From Callorhinchus milii (lineage: Eukaryota): a DNA stretch of 64,000 bases. A model generated the notes under the pieces. The model did not search any database. It was given only the letters and a program-made list of their open reading frames with translations, and had not been told where the DNA came from. A program made the translations under genes and the position numbers. Shown here piece by piece: positions 1 to 11,989 of the stretch (its first letter is position 1; each line of letters opens with the position of its first letter). Location: assembly GCF_018977255.1 (NCBI RefSeq), contig NW_024704742.1:39682001-39746000 (forward strand). Reading direction: 5' to 3'.

Positions 1-786
1 AGATAGAAAAAATAGGAAGCAGATTATTTTCTAGAGGGGGAGAGACTAGAAAGTGTTAGTTTTCAGAGGTATTTAGTTGTCCTTATACACCAATCATAGA
101 AAGTCAGTATGGAGGTACAGCAAGCAATTAGGAAGGCTAATAGCATGTTAGCATTTATTGCAAAGGGGTTAGAGTACAAGAGTAGGGAAGTCTTACTGCA
201 ATTGTAAAGGACCTTAGTGAGACGGCACCTAGAATATTGTGTGCCATTTTGGTCTCCTTATCTAAGAAAGGATATACTCGCCTTAGAGGGGGTGCAACAT
301 AGGTTCACTAGGTTGGTTCCTGGGATGAGGGGGTTGACCTACAAGGAAAGGTTGAGTAGACTAGGCCTATATTCTCTAGAATATAGAAGAATTAGAGGTG
401 ATCTTATAGAAATCTATAAGATTCTTAAGGGTCTTGACAGGGTAGATGTTGTGAGACTTTTTCCCCTGGTTGGAGAATCTAAAACTAGGAGTCATAGTCT
501 CATGATTAAAGTTCAGCCCTTTAGAATTGAGTTGAGAAAACATATCTTCACTCAGAGGGTAGTGAATTTATAGAATCCTCCACCCCAGAAGATTGTGGAT
601 GCTCAGACACTAAACATATTTAAAACTGAGATTGATAGATTTTTTAAAAATAATGGGATTAAGGGATATGGGGATAGGGCAAGTAAATGTAATTAGGTTA
701 GAAGATCAGCCGTGATTTTATTAAATGTCAGGGCAGGCTCGAGGGGCCGAATGGCCTACTCTTGCTCCTAGTTCTTATGTTCTTAA
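1..786 (+). mobile_element. CR1-clade LINE, 3' fragment (end of ORF2 plus 3' UTR)
   Basis: ORF 217-573 reads HLEYCVPFWSPYLRKDILALEGVQHRFTRLVPG...LGLYSLEYRRIRGDLIEIYKIL, typical of the CR1 ORF2 C-terminus. Ends in a TTCTTATG-type repeat tail at about 772-786. Confidence 0.92.
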
Positions 787-2503
787 GCATTTGTGCCCTG
801 TGATATGGGTCCCTACCACCATATTATTACAGGGCACCACTGTAATAAAAACGAAATTGAGAAATGCCACAGAGCAGTACAGTGAGAGAAAAAATGAGTT
901 TCTGCAATTACATGTAAGTAGATGTAAAAAGTGGACCTATACAGCAACAAATTGACTGAAATGAACTGATTCGTATCTAGTAACCAATTTTGAAAACATG
1001 AAATGAAAATGAAAATCAGCAATAAGAAATTACGATTGGTTCCAGGTGGTGTCTCAAAGAAAACATTTCTTTGTTGTGTTCAATAAACTGACACATACAC
1101 AACCATTGATCTGTGGCACCAAATACACATTGCCAATAAATCAGCCTGCCCAAAAATGCCAATATGTAATAATAAAAGTCTAACTCTTCACACGCGTGTA
1201 CAGGAACACAAATCAATAAGTCGATTTATATGAATCATGTCTTTGGAGCCTTTGAGAAATAACATTAATATTCATGTACCAATTTTCTTAAAATAATCCT
1301 CCAAAGTTGTATTTTCATAGTATTTTGCATTAAAATGTTGTGCCTGAGAAATATTCATAGTTCTGTGCATTTTGCAAATTATTCTTCATAATGTTCAATG
1401 TTGGAAAACAAGCAAGGCTTTACTTGACATATTTTATAGGACATAAAAGCTAGGTTTATTTTAAAAACTGGAAACGGTGCTATACAATTTTTGCTCTGAA
1501 AGCAAACAGATTAAGTTTATTGAGTGAGAAATCACATGAAAATGATATTAAAACTATTTGAACTTGATTATCTTTTACGATACTTTAGCTCTGTCTATAG
1601 AAGTCTATAGGTTCAATATATTTAGGTTATGATTTGACTTGAAATTGTAATATCTGTAATATCAATATTAGATTGTAAAGGAGCAAAGTTGCAGTGATTA
1701 AAACAATTTGTTTGAAATACATTAACTAGATCAATTTATATTGCCTCAATGTTTAGGGCATTTAAAATGTATGGATTTATTTTGCCTAAGATTCGACCTT
1801 TGTGAGAACAAAAGCAATGCATTCCTTTAAAAGGGAAGGAAACTTAACAGGAAAGAAATTTCAATGTAAAATTTCGTACTTCCTATGTATTCCACATTGT
1901 TCAATTTGTTTAGAAACAGCTTAGAGGAGTTGCAGTGCAGACCTCAACCACAGAGTCCAGCTCAAGGTCAGAGGATATGAGGTCATGGAAAATCGTAAAG
2001 ATGGACACAGTCAGCTGATGTTAGATTTGAACACCAGAGTGCATATCAATTTAGCAGTCACTGACTTCCACAATCTGAATACTTCCAAACCTGAGTTTTT
2101 AATATCCTCCCCATCTGGATTTGTTGTCCAAAGCAGCAAAATATTGCCAGTAACTATTAAAAACCTAAAATAGAGCCCTCGATCACTTGGCAACCATCCA
2201 GAACTTCACAGCTCCCAGGTGACCTGTCCATAGGGAATCTATCTGCAAGATGTCAATGAAGTGTATCTGCTTCCACAAAATGCTGTTCAGCTGGGCTCAG
2301 AACAATTTTAGAGTATGATTACTCTGCAAAATAGAGTAAATCTACATTCTGAGCAAACAAATAGGGAATACCAACAGATGAGAAAGCTTCAACTGGTCTC
2401 TGGGGCAATTTCAGAGCATGATTCTGCTCCAAAAAGAGTGAATCAATGGAGTAACATTTGGAACATTCATCCAGTGTTCCTTCAATAACATTGGCAGCTC
2501 AGT

Positions 2504-2572
2504 GGGAATATAGCTCAGTAGTAGAATGCACTGCTTTGCATATGTGAGACTGGGTTTAGTCTCTGGTATAAA
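2504..2572 (+). pseudogene. degenerate tRNA-Ala(TGC)-like sequence (tRNA pseudogene or isolated SINE head)
   Basis: GGGAATATAGCTCAGTAGTAGAATGCACTGCTTTGCATATGTGAGACTGGGTTTAGTCTCTGGTAT aligns by eye to vertebrate tRNA-Ala (TAGCTCAG A box, TGCTTTGCAT anticodon arm). The B box and acceptor stem are damaged. Confidence 0.6.
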
Positions 2573-4529
2573 ACATATCAAAATCCTTTAGTGGCATATG
2601 CTTAATTGCTTCCTCCTGTTCCTGTTTTCCAATGTTCCCCTCCTATATTTTGAGTAAATACAAGGGAACACATGGAAGGGTGGGGGAGAGGAAATGAAAC
2701 CCAATTCAGTAGATCAAAATTAAACCACTACTTTTACAAAATGAGAGTATAATTTTGTCTAGAAACAAACATGTATTTTTTTTAAAAATGTTTATTTTTC
2801 ATTGACTTACATCCTCTTTTGCTTATTTCCTATCCTGATCTGTTCCCCTCCCATTTTATCGTGAACACATATTTTCCTGCTGCCTTTGTTTCTTCCTGTT
2901 GCTATTTCCCCCACCCTCCGAGCCATGGACTTTAAAGATGGAGCTACATGGTGAAATGTCAGTCTTACTTCTGACAAGGAGAAAGATTGAGACAGATTTG
3001 CAAATCATTGGAATACTATTAAGCGCAGTGCGGAAAAAAATCACTGCCACCAAAACATGGCCCAGTTTTTGGTTTACTGTAATAACATGCAAGCATATCA
3101 GCAAACTTCCCTGCCCCACCCTCAACCCATGTCAACCTTCACTTTATCCCACCCCCACCAAACGCTTGCCCTGTCCCACCTCACTCTCACAGTCTGCAAA
3201 AGAACTTATTTAACTAATGGAAACTGCATCATTTTATCAGTAAAAGCCCAACATACTCTGGACGCCTGCACAATCTCAATACAAAAAATTACTCCATGGC
3301 AGAATTTCAATACTAACTTGAGTGAAACAATTGTATGTAACATGCATTTGGTGATTACATTGAATTAATATTAACAGAAATAATTAAAGTTAGTAAACAA
3401 ATCTGAAATTATGTTGGTGAAAGTAGTTTGAACCGATTTCAAACAGCCCACATCAACACTTTGAGCTAACTAGGCTGACAGCCAACTGCTGGTGGAAGGA
3501 ATAGTTTTACTGCTGATAGATGGATCAACCTTGTAACTTCCTTCTTTGGACAATGAACAACTGGATAAATGTCCATTGATGACAATATGATTTATATTTA
3601 TGAAACACCTTGCAGATCGGGAGGACCTTTCAATTCAACCCAAGCTGCAGGCTGGCAACCCAAGAGAATGCAGAGGAGAAAAGATAACAAAAACACAGTC
3701 AAAAAGATACATCTTAAACATGCGCTGATGGGTGCGGGAGTGGGGGGGGGGGGGGCGTGTGGGGGATGGGGGCGAGTTGGAAGAACTCCAGGATGGGGTT
3801 CCAGAGAGCGAGGGGCAGAATGGCTGAGAGCTTGTCTACCAATGGTGGCTTTGGATATGGCAGGGGATATGGAGGTGGAGGGGTACGGCACAATCGCATA
3901 GATCTGACCTCTCACATAAGCTTTCAGCTGCTTCCCCTCCAGATGCCCAATAATTGTCTCCTATTCCAGATTTCAAGAGTCTGGATTCTATCTGAGATAA
4001 TTAACTTTTGGTTACCATGGATACTAAAAGCTAAACATCGTAAATAACGCCTATGCTTTGCCATAGTCATAAAATCGCAGCAGCCCTCTCCACACATTCT
4101 TCCAAAGCATATAGCCCAGTAACCCTTTACTTGCTGAACCTTCTGATGATTTTCATTGGGATATCATAATGTACTCTGGCCTCCTTTTAACATCTGTAGG
4201 CTTTGACTTCATAAATGCCTCATAACACCCATCTTACTATTACAAGAATACAAGGAGATTGAATTTGGCTCTGTAAAAATAGTCTAAAGCAGCTGCTGCT
4301 GCTTTTGTAACAAGGAAATCCATTCTATTTTAAGAAATGCCTCATTTTAGATTGAAGAATCCTATCTAGCAAATTGAGGGTAAAAAATTGCATATTGGCT
4401 GCACTTGCTTCTTTCAGCCATTTGTGTGGCTATCTATCTATATGTAGTGAGTGATAATTTTTGGCTAAAGATGTGAATATGCTTTTTTCTGCAACATATC
4501 AGTAATAGAAGTTCCCATAGTGTAGTGGT

Positions 4530-4700
4530 TGGAATCCCGTAGCATAGTGGTTAGCAAGCTCACCTCACAAGCGAGAGGACCCGGGTTTGATTCCCGGACG
4601 GGTCGAAATTTTGGGCAATTTCCTTACTCACACATCACTGTTTTCCTAGCAGTTAACGGATTGGTGGATTGCTTTCTGGAGCTCATAATCCCTCCAACAA
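4530..4700 (+). mobile_element. tRNA-derived SINE, 5' part (long form)
   Basis: A box TAGCATAGTGG, B-box-like GGTTTGATTCC, then TTGGGCAATTTCCTTACTC shared with other copies in the window. Confidence 0.8.
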
Positions 4701-5044
4701 AAGACTATGCGATGTAAAAGATACCGATGTCAGACTTGGACCACAATCTCCCAACTCAGAAGCAACAGTGCTAACAACTGAACCAAGCTAACTGAAAGCA
4801 AACTGATCTAAATGTTTACACCAAGATTTCTCATAGTACTAATTGGAATGAAGTGGAGTTAATTGAGCAAAATCCGCCAGATTTAGATTTTTATCACCAA
4901 TCGTGTGATGTGACAGAGTGAATCAATAGAGTTCTACTAGTTCCTGCAAATAATGTGTTAAATGTAGGCAGAGTGCTTACTGTCCATCAGTTTTGCCCAT
5001 CTTCTCTCTGTTTAGCTCTCAACAAAATGTCACTTCTTTGTGGG

Positions 5045-5447
5045 GGCCAGCCAGGAGCCTAACATATTGAAAATCTTGTCTGTGAGACAGAACATTGTAG
5101 GTTCAAGCCTTACATTGGAATTTGAAATCCATATAGTCTATGCTGACACTTCAATCCAGTGCTGGGGCTGTGCTGCATCTTCTCCTGTCCAGATGCACGT
5201 TCAAGATCCCATGACACTTTTTGAAAAAGAAAAGGGAGTTTGTCCTGGTATCCTAGCCAACAATAAATTTGATAAATAAAATTGACCCTTGGCTGTTTGT
5301 CGGATCTTGATGTGTGCAAATTGACTGTGCACTTGCCAAGAAAATACACACAATCGCACCACTTTATAGTGTAATCCTGTGAAGCACTTTGAAGACAATC
5401 TCAACCATGTGATAATGTTCAATATCAAATGCAAGGATTATTATTTT
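5045..5447 (+). mobile_element. old Deu-domain (SacSINE1/AmnSINE-like) SINE
   Basis: GGTTCAAGCC head, GCTGACACTTCAATCCAGTGCTG, AAGATCCCATGACAC...GGGAGTT...CCTAGCCAA body, and tail ATCAAATGCAAGGATTATTA. Confidence 0.7.
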
Positions 5448-5809
5448 ATAATTCATTGCTTTGCTTAAGAACCTCCAGTTGTTGTGAACTCAAAAATCAG
5501 AGTTTCTACATATCAGTTATCTAGTCCCTAATCTCTCTTTTGAGACCTATGTTGGTATGTGCCAAAATTGAAGGAGCTGAATCTATACACTGTTTGTTCA
5601 GATGAGACCACCATATTCATTAGAGAATTGGCTTCTAGCGTATCAGTGCTGAACAGTGCCTGATATCCTCACTTTCCAACTTAGTGCCCAAGCTTCAGAT
5701 CACACTGAAGACCTTCCTCTTCAACCATACCTGCAGCCACCTCCCTTTGTCATTGTCAAAGACTGTCCTTTTGTATGAATTGTCATTGTTATTGTTCGAC
5801 ATAACTGCA

Positions 5810-6317
5810 AAGTTGGATTAACCAGTCTTGTTTTGACAGGGGTCACTTTGTTATTAATTCCATTGTCACTTGTCCCCTCTTGATCACTGGCATTGGATTA
5901 AGCTGGAACAAGCCATCTTTAAAAATAATAAGTGGTTTGACACATTGGCTTTTGTCAGAGTTGTTAGCAATTCTTCTCAGCCAGAAGAGCAAATATTCTA
6001 AAACACTATAAGTCTTCTTAATACCCAAATATCCAGCCAACAGACAATCATGATATACTTAAACTAGTTTAACTGTGAGTTGATTAATCTGAAGAATAAA
6101 TAGACTTGTTCGATCATAAGTGGATTGACCCCGTCTTCCACTAAGGATTTATTGTAAATCGTAATTATTGTCACAAGCTCAAACATGACCAAAGTAGATC
6201 TTTAAAACGTAACTCCATCATAAGTTCCCATGAACGATTTTGTGCAGTCCTGATAGTAATTATGTTAACATCCAACTTCTGAGATACTGCCTCAGTCACC
6301 ACATTGTTTTTTCCTGA
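5810..6317 (-). mobile_element. Ty3/Gypsy LTR-retrotransposon pol fossil (RNase H end plus integrase H2C2 region)
   Basis: Minus strand gives SGKNNVVTEAVSQK (cf. PGKxNxVADALSR), then YHDCLLAGYLGIKKTY (cf. HDxxxAGHLGxxKTY), then FQLNPMPV...VTMELITK (cf. LQPLP...ISMDFIT). This is Gypsy domain order, disrupted by stops. Confidence 0.75.
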
Positions 6318-7160
6318 ATTGTTCTTTATTTCAAAGAAATAGTGCCTCCATTTCTGCTTTCAAACTCATCTAAAAACCTACCTCTTTCATATAACTTTGG
6401 TCTCCTCTCACCTCCCCCTTTATCTACCACCTTATTTTGGCTCTCATTCAATACCTGTAAATTACTTTGGAGACATTTTCTTTGTCTATAATTTTTAAAG
6501 ATGTATTGTCATTCACAATGGCTCACAAGTACACAAAGTGTATTTTCATGGAATATAGTGTGACATTGTGGCAAAGCATTGCTGAAGTGGTGCCAAGCAC
6601 AAGGAAACTCCAATTCCTTGTTTGTGATGAATTTAAGGACATTAACCCAGGCTGTGAATGGGGAAATAGTAGAAGGGCCCTGAGCTGGAAAAAAAACACA
6701 GGGTTTTCAACCAGATTATTAGCCAAGCTCAACAGAGTGTATATCTAGGCTGATCACCAACAACTGATGTTCAATAGAGACAAAAGCATGTCTCAGAATT
6801 CAAGGCACACTCAAAACATACAACTTTAACTATTCTTTTGGACATCTTTTTCCACCCCAACCCCCTCAGGTCTCACCCTGAGGTTGAGTGTCACCAATAC
6901 TGTGAAGCATTTTGAGATGTTCTCCCTACATGAAAGCCACTATACTAATGTAATTTGTATTGTGTATTATATATTGTAAATGCAAGATACTGCATACAGG
7001 AAGAAAAAACACGAGGCACAAGTACTCTGTGGATAGTTTGAAATTGCCAAAGGGGAGATTGAAAGAGATCTTAGTTTATTGGTTGTTTTGTCACTCTCCA
7101 TATCCAAATAGTATGAGAGAGCAATAATACCTATATTGCCATATTAAATGATTTTGAATC

Positions 7161-7216
7161 CTATACACACACACATATATATATATATACATACATATAT
7201 ATGGGCTATATATATA
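7161..7216. repeat. (CA)n/(TA)n microsatellite
   Basis: tatacacacacacatatatatatatatacatacatatat... seen directly. Confidence 0.85.
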
Positions 7217-7430
7217 AACATGTGTTGTAATTGTTGGTTTGGCAGTTCCTGGAGTAATAATAAAAATCCTTTGCATTTGATATAACGCCTTATCATGTCA
7301 AGACACCTAAAGGAACTTCACAGAATATATATATGGTACATTGACTGTGTATTTTCTGACCGATATTTTGATACTTTGAATACTGAGTATAATTCTGATC
7401 ATCACTATATAAGGGAGATGTTCAGTCCAT

Positions 7431-7838
7431 GATGATAATGCAAAGTGAGAAATGAAGCTTCATTTATGACAATATAGTGATATTGAGGGGAAACCCAATT
7501 TATAATTTTCACTGCATGTTGCTTTCAATCTGGTCCAGAAGAAAAATATTAAACTTTGTCATCAGCTAAAATCTGGTGTTTGGTTTTATTATTATTAGAG
7601 GGGCAGTCATGCGACCAGTTTTTTAAAAACATTAAAGACAATCTGATCTAATATGATTCATGCTTTCTGAGCCTGTTTTTACTGTGCAGTTGTTAGATTT
7701 TAGCTGATGACAAAGTTTAATGTTTTTCTTCTGGACCAGATTGAAAGCAAAATGCAGTGAAAATTAAAAATTGGGTTTCCCCTCAATATCACTATATTGT
7801 GATAAATGAAGTTTCATTTCTCACTTTGCATTATCATC
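7431..7838. repeat. long inverted repeat: 144-bp arms (7431-7574 and 7695-7838), 120-bp spacer
   Basis: The reverse complement of 7695-7838 matches 7431-7574 with 5 mismatches and no gaps by manual comparison. Confidence 0.95.
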
Positions 7839-8969
7839 TGCGACCAGGACTCCCTTTGCCTCCTCGTCCTCCTCGACCTATCGGTAGCATTCGATACGGT
7901 CGACCACGCTATCCTCCTCCACCGTTTGTCCTCCCACCTCAACCTTCAAGGCCCTGTCCTTGAATGGTTTAGGTCGTACCTCTCCCATCGTCTTCATTTT
8001 GTTTCCACAAACGGCTTTTCCTCCGGCCCCCGCACTGTCTCGTGTGGTGTCCCTCAGGGCTCTGTCCTCGGTCCCCTCCTCTTCACCCTCTACATGCTCC
8101 CCCTCGGTGACATCATCCACAGACATGGGGTTAACTTCCACATGTATGCGGATGACACCCAATTCTACCTTTCCTCCTCTACCCTCAACTCCACGACCAC
8201 CGATGTCCTGACAGCCTGCCTGTCTGACATTGAGTCCTGGACGAGAGACAACTTTCTTCAGCTCAACGTGCGCAAAACTGAGGCCCTCCTGATTGGTTCG
8301 CGTCAGCGCCTCCGCACCTCAGGCGCTGACAGCATCAGCATCCAAGGCTGCACTCTCCACCTCTCAAAGCCAGTCAGGAACCTCAGCGTTCTGTTCGACC
8401 CTGAGCTGTCCTTTCTCCCTCATATCCGCGCCACAACTGGCAACGCCTTCCATCACCTCCGAAACATCGCTAGACTATGGCACCACCTCACCCTTCACGC
8501 TGCTGAAACTCTGGTCCACGCCTTTATCACCTCAAGGCTGGACTATGGGAACACTCTCCTCGCCGGCCTTCCCGCCACCTCCCTCCACAAGCTGCAGGTC
8601 ATTCAGAACTCTGCAGCTCGTGTACTGTCCCGCACCAGGCTTCGGGACCACATCACTCCCACCCTCGCTCGCCTCCACTGGCTTCCCATCCCCCAGAGGA
8701 TCGAATTCAAGATCCTCATCCTCACCTACAAGGCCATTCACAGCCTCGCTCCCTCCTACCTCTCCGACCTATTATCCCCCTACTTACCTGCCCATACCCT
8801 CCGTTCCTCTGGCTCCGGTCTGCTCCACATCCCCCGCCCCAACCGCCCTCCCATCGGTGGCCGGGCCTTCAGCCTCTCAGCCCCTCGGCTCTGGAACTCC
8901 ATCCCCCAGTGCCTTCGCCGCTTCCTCCCTTTCCTCCTTCAAGGCCGGTCTCAAGACCTTTCTCTTTGA
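7806..8969 (+). pseudogene. 387-aa open frame: about 11 codons from the inverted-repeat arm fused to a truncated L2 reverse transcriptase
   Basis: ATG at 7806 lies inside the right IR arm and is in frame with the L2 RT. It lacks the endonuclease and N-terminal RT subdomains. Confidence 0.6.
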
Positions 8970-9142
8970 CCGTGCCTTCAGCTCCCCTCTCGACTCTCTA
9001 CCCCCTCCTCGCTCCCTCCCTTCCCTCCCCTCACCCTGACCATTTCCCCACTGCTTGGGTCCTGACCCAACTGTCCAGCGCTTTGGGATGTCCTCCCGAC
9101 GTGAAAGGCGCTCTATAAATGAAATCTTGTTGTTGTTGTTGT
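7839..9142 (+). mobile_element. L2-clade LINE, 5'-truncated, well preserved (RT C-terminal part, 3' UTR, (TTG)n tail)
   Basis: [30 protein letters not shown] (8145-8156), [21 protein letters not shown] frameshift near 8920 moves [10 protein letters not shown] to another frame. 3' stem-loop AGCGCTTTGGGATGTCCTCCCGACGTGAAAGGCGCT, then TTGTTGTTG. Confidence 0.95.
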
Positions 9143-9751
9143 TAGCAAATCACTCCCAATACTGACAAAATGCAACATAAATGTAACAAAATTAATATTA
9201 CTGTCAGACAAAAAAAGGATGTTTCTGTATGCAGACATCTCTTTACATATTCAGAGATGTATCCTGACAAATGTGCAAGCAAGCTTGTCAAGAGTTCAGA
9301 ATTATGCTTGAATTAGGACTTTATAGACTAATTATATATATAAATATATAAAGCTGCTTTTAATACAGGATTTGTATTAAAGTTAATCACTCGTGCCACA
9401 ACTGACTCTGATATAAAATACCTTATTATACAAAATACCTTTTAAAAAGAACTGTTAGCATGCACTAATGTAGTGCACTGGAAACATTTAGTATGCTGAG
9501 CAATTATATGAATAATTTTCATGGAATTTGTGCTTGGATCAGTATTTTGCATTTTTGTATTGTATCTAGATCAGGAATTCTTTAAACAGAAATGATTGAG
9601 AAGCAACTTAATACATTTAAATTCCATGATGGATCTTAAATATGCTTAAATTTGATATGTTTAATCAGAAGAATACTGTGTATCTAAAATTGCTTTTTTA
9701 AATTCATGTCTTTCTTTGACATTTAATTTATTTTTTTCTTTATTACAAACA

Positions 9752-10048
9752 TCAACAAATTACATTTGTATAGCAACTTTCACGTTGGGAGGATGTCCCA
9801 AGTTGCTGGACAGTCAGGGATCTGGACCCGAGCAGAAGTTGTGAAGGGCAGGAAGGGTTGGGGTAGGATGTTGGCTGAAGGCACGGTCGAAGAGGAGGGT
9901 CTTGAGACGTGCCTTGAAGGAGGCAAGGGAGGGAGTGAGGCAAAGGGACTGTGAGATGGAGTTCCAAAGGGTAGGGCAGAGAGGCTGAAGGCCTGACTGC
10001 CGATGGTGGGGCGGGGAATGTGGAGCAGGCCTTAGCCTGCTGAGTGGA
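9752..10048 (-). mobile_element. L2 LINE 3' fragment
   Basis: Reverse complement of the same L2 3' end (GGCACGGTCGAAGAGGAGGGTCTTGAG..., caacaa tail). Confidence 0.85.
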
Positions 10049-11373
10049 TTAAATATACATCATATCTAATTAAACAGAAGATAATTCTAGTGACAAAAGC
10101 ATTCCACAAGTAAGCCAACAGTCCTTCAGATGAAGCAAAACATTAAACTGAGGCTCCATCTGCCTTTTCAGGTAGACAATAAGGATCCCATTTCACTATT
10201 CAAAATGAAGAGAATTTCTCCCAGTTTTCTGACCTACAGTCCTCCAGCTGCCACATTCGCCTACAAATATACAGTCACAGTAAAATCTTGTGTAGTGCTT
10301 TGAAACTTCCCAATGATGTGATAAAGCATCATATCAAATGAAAGGATTACTATCACCAAAATTACAAGGCAAGTTTGGATGAATAAGGTCCTTTTGTCCT
10401 TTTGATCTCATCCTTCCACGAAACCCTATTCTCTTTTCATTTGAGCCTCAAGATGGTTCTTAAAAGAATTCAGTGTCCTGGCTACAGATACCATTCACCT
10501 GAGCTTGTTCAATTAGGTTATTAGTCTCGATAAAAGAAAAATCACTTCCTGATGTTCAGTTTAAACTTGTCATCCACAACTCTGAGCCTTGTCGTGTTAT
10601 CATAAAATATCCCAAAGTATCAATTTTGAGTTTACTTTTTTGATCCCATTTAGCCTCACTTCAAGACTTCCCTCTGAGATATCAATTTATGAGGCCGAAG
10701 ATGCCATACAGATCTTGTGGGTAGCACAGCCTCATGCCATGATTTCTATGATTTTATGAGTTGTGATATTTATTTATTCCATAGCTGAAGTAAGTTTTGT
10801 AGTCTGCATATGGCCAACAATGTCAAAATCTTTATTATTAAATGTTGGCCTGTAATCAGTCCTTGGTATAAATATGCAGTCATTTCTAAAGGCATTTTCA
10901 TGCCAAAGCATGAACATTTCCCAATGACTCTGTAAATCAGAACTATAGGAAAGCAAATGTTTCCTTCAATTGTTCTTTTTTGGTGTTTTCTGTCTTATTG
11001 AACAACCATCAGCGTCTCCATCACATCCAAATCTCTTCCTGTTTCCTTTGTCCTTTCTACAAACCTGCCAGTGCAGGAAGCAGCAGAGAAGTGGCTTTCC
11101 TTGTTTGGCAAATACTTTTTCAGCCTTTTCATTACAACTTGTGTTTATCGCTGGCAAGTATAAAATAATCTGTTGAATTGTGCAGTTTAGCAGAAATATT
11201 AACCGCTGCAAAATTTGGCAAAGAATTCATTAATTTAGTGATAAGAACCAAAGTATTCTACGATCGCTTCATTCCATTTCAGGTACATTTGTTAAGAACG
11301 CCATAGATTTTAGTTGCTTTTTGCTATGATTTCAAAGTAACATAAGAAGGTGAGGAAAGCAGGCAGGGGTCTT

Positions 11374-11762
11374 TTGGAGCTGAACTGGCTCCGTAGTGAC
11401 ATGCTTGTCAAAACTAAACCAATCTTCTGTCGAGTTCCTAAGTCAGGCAAGTCTGCAATAGTTCAAGGTACTGCTAATGACAGATCAGCCATTCTAGCAA
11501 CATTGACAAGACTGGGAGGAGCAGACCGGGCCACTTGGGGGAAGAGATTCTTTCCTCTCAGCTACTGTTAACCCTGCAAGCCAAAACCCCAATGGATAGG
11601 AGGGTCCCACCTGATCAAGCAGTGGGAAGCATGCCAAAAATGCTTTCAATGACAAACTATGCGGATTTATCTGGTGAAATATGCCAGCAGTACTTTAACG
11701 GATTCTCTGGGATTCCCAAGTCTCGGCTCTTACCAATCTGCACCTAATGCTGTCCAGAATTA
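11374..11762 (+). repeat. unidentified interspersed repeat, copy 1 (homologous to 28996-29367)
   Basis: Collinear shared blocks TTGGAGCT.AACTGGCTCC, TGACATGCTTG, CAGGCA.GTC.GCA, GGTACTGCT.ATGA, GAGATTCTT.CC..TCAGCT, CCTAAT.CT..C.GAATTA. Confidence 0.7.
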
Positions 11763-11989
11763 GATAAGCATGGTACGACCCTCCTGGGAGAGAGAAATGG
11801 GAGTTGCCATGTGTAGGTGGGTCTTGTTTTGATACTCAAACACAGTGATGGGTTTCCTCATGATCAGGTACCCAACTGAACCCCCAAAAATTGGTGATCT
11901 CTGTACCCTTGTCTAGCCTGAAATTGTAACACTGGCTTGAAAAATGCAACCCGTAATGTGTCAATTAATATTGTTGTGAATTATCACAT

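Noticed and set aside
2900..4350. Possible PIF/Harbinger fossil (Myb-like TRR...RKK piece; IEFGSVK piece)
   Set aside because: The resemblance needs several assumed frameshifts and no TIRs or DDE motif are visible; a profile search would be required.
7431..7838. Interpretation of the IR as a MITE or microRNA precursor
   Set aside because: No TSD or transposon-type terminal motif is visible, and the arms and 120-nt loop are too long for a canonical pre-miRNA.
8293..9039. 248-aa Ser/Pro-rich ORF
   Set aside because: Alternative frame of the C-rich L2 RT. Only its end carries the frameshifted true L2 C-terminus.
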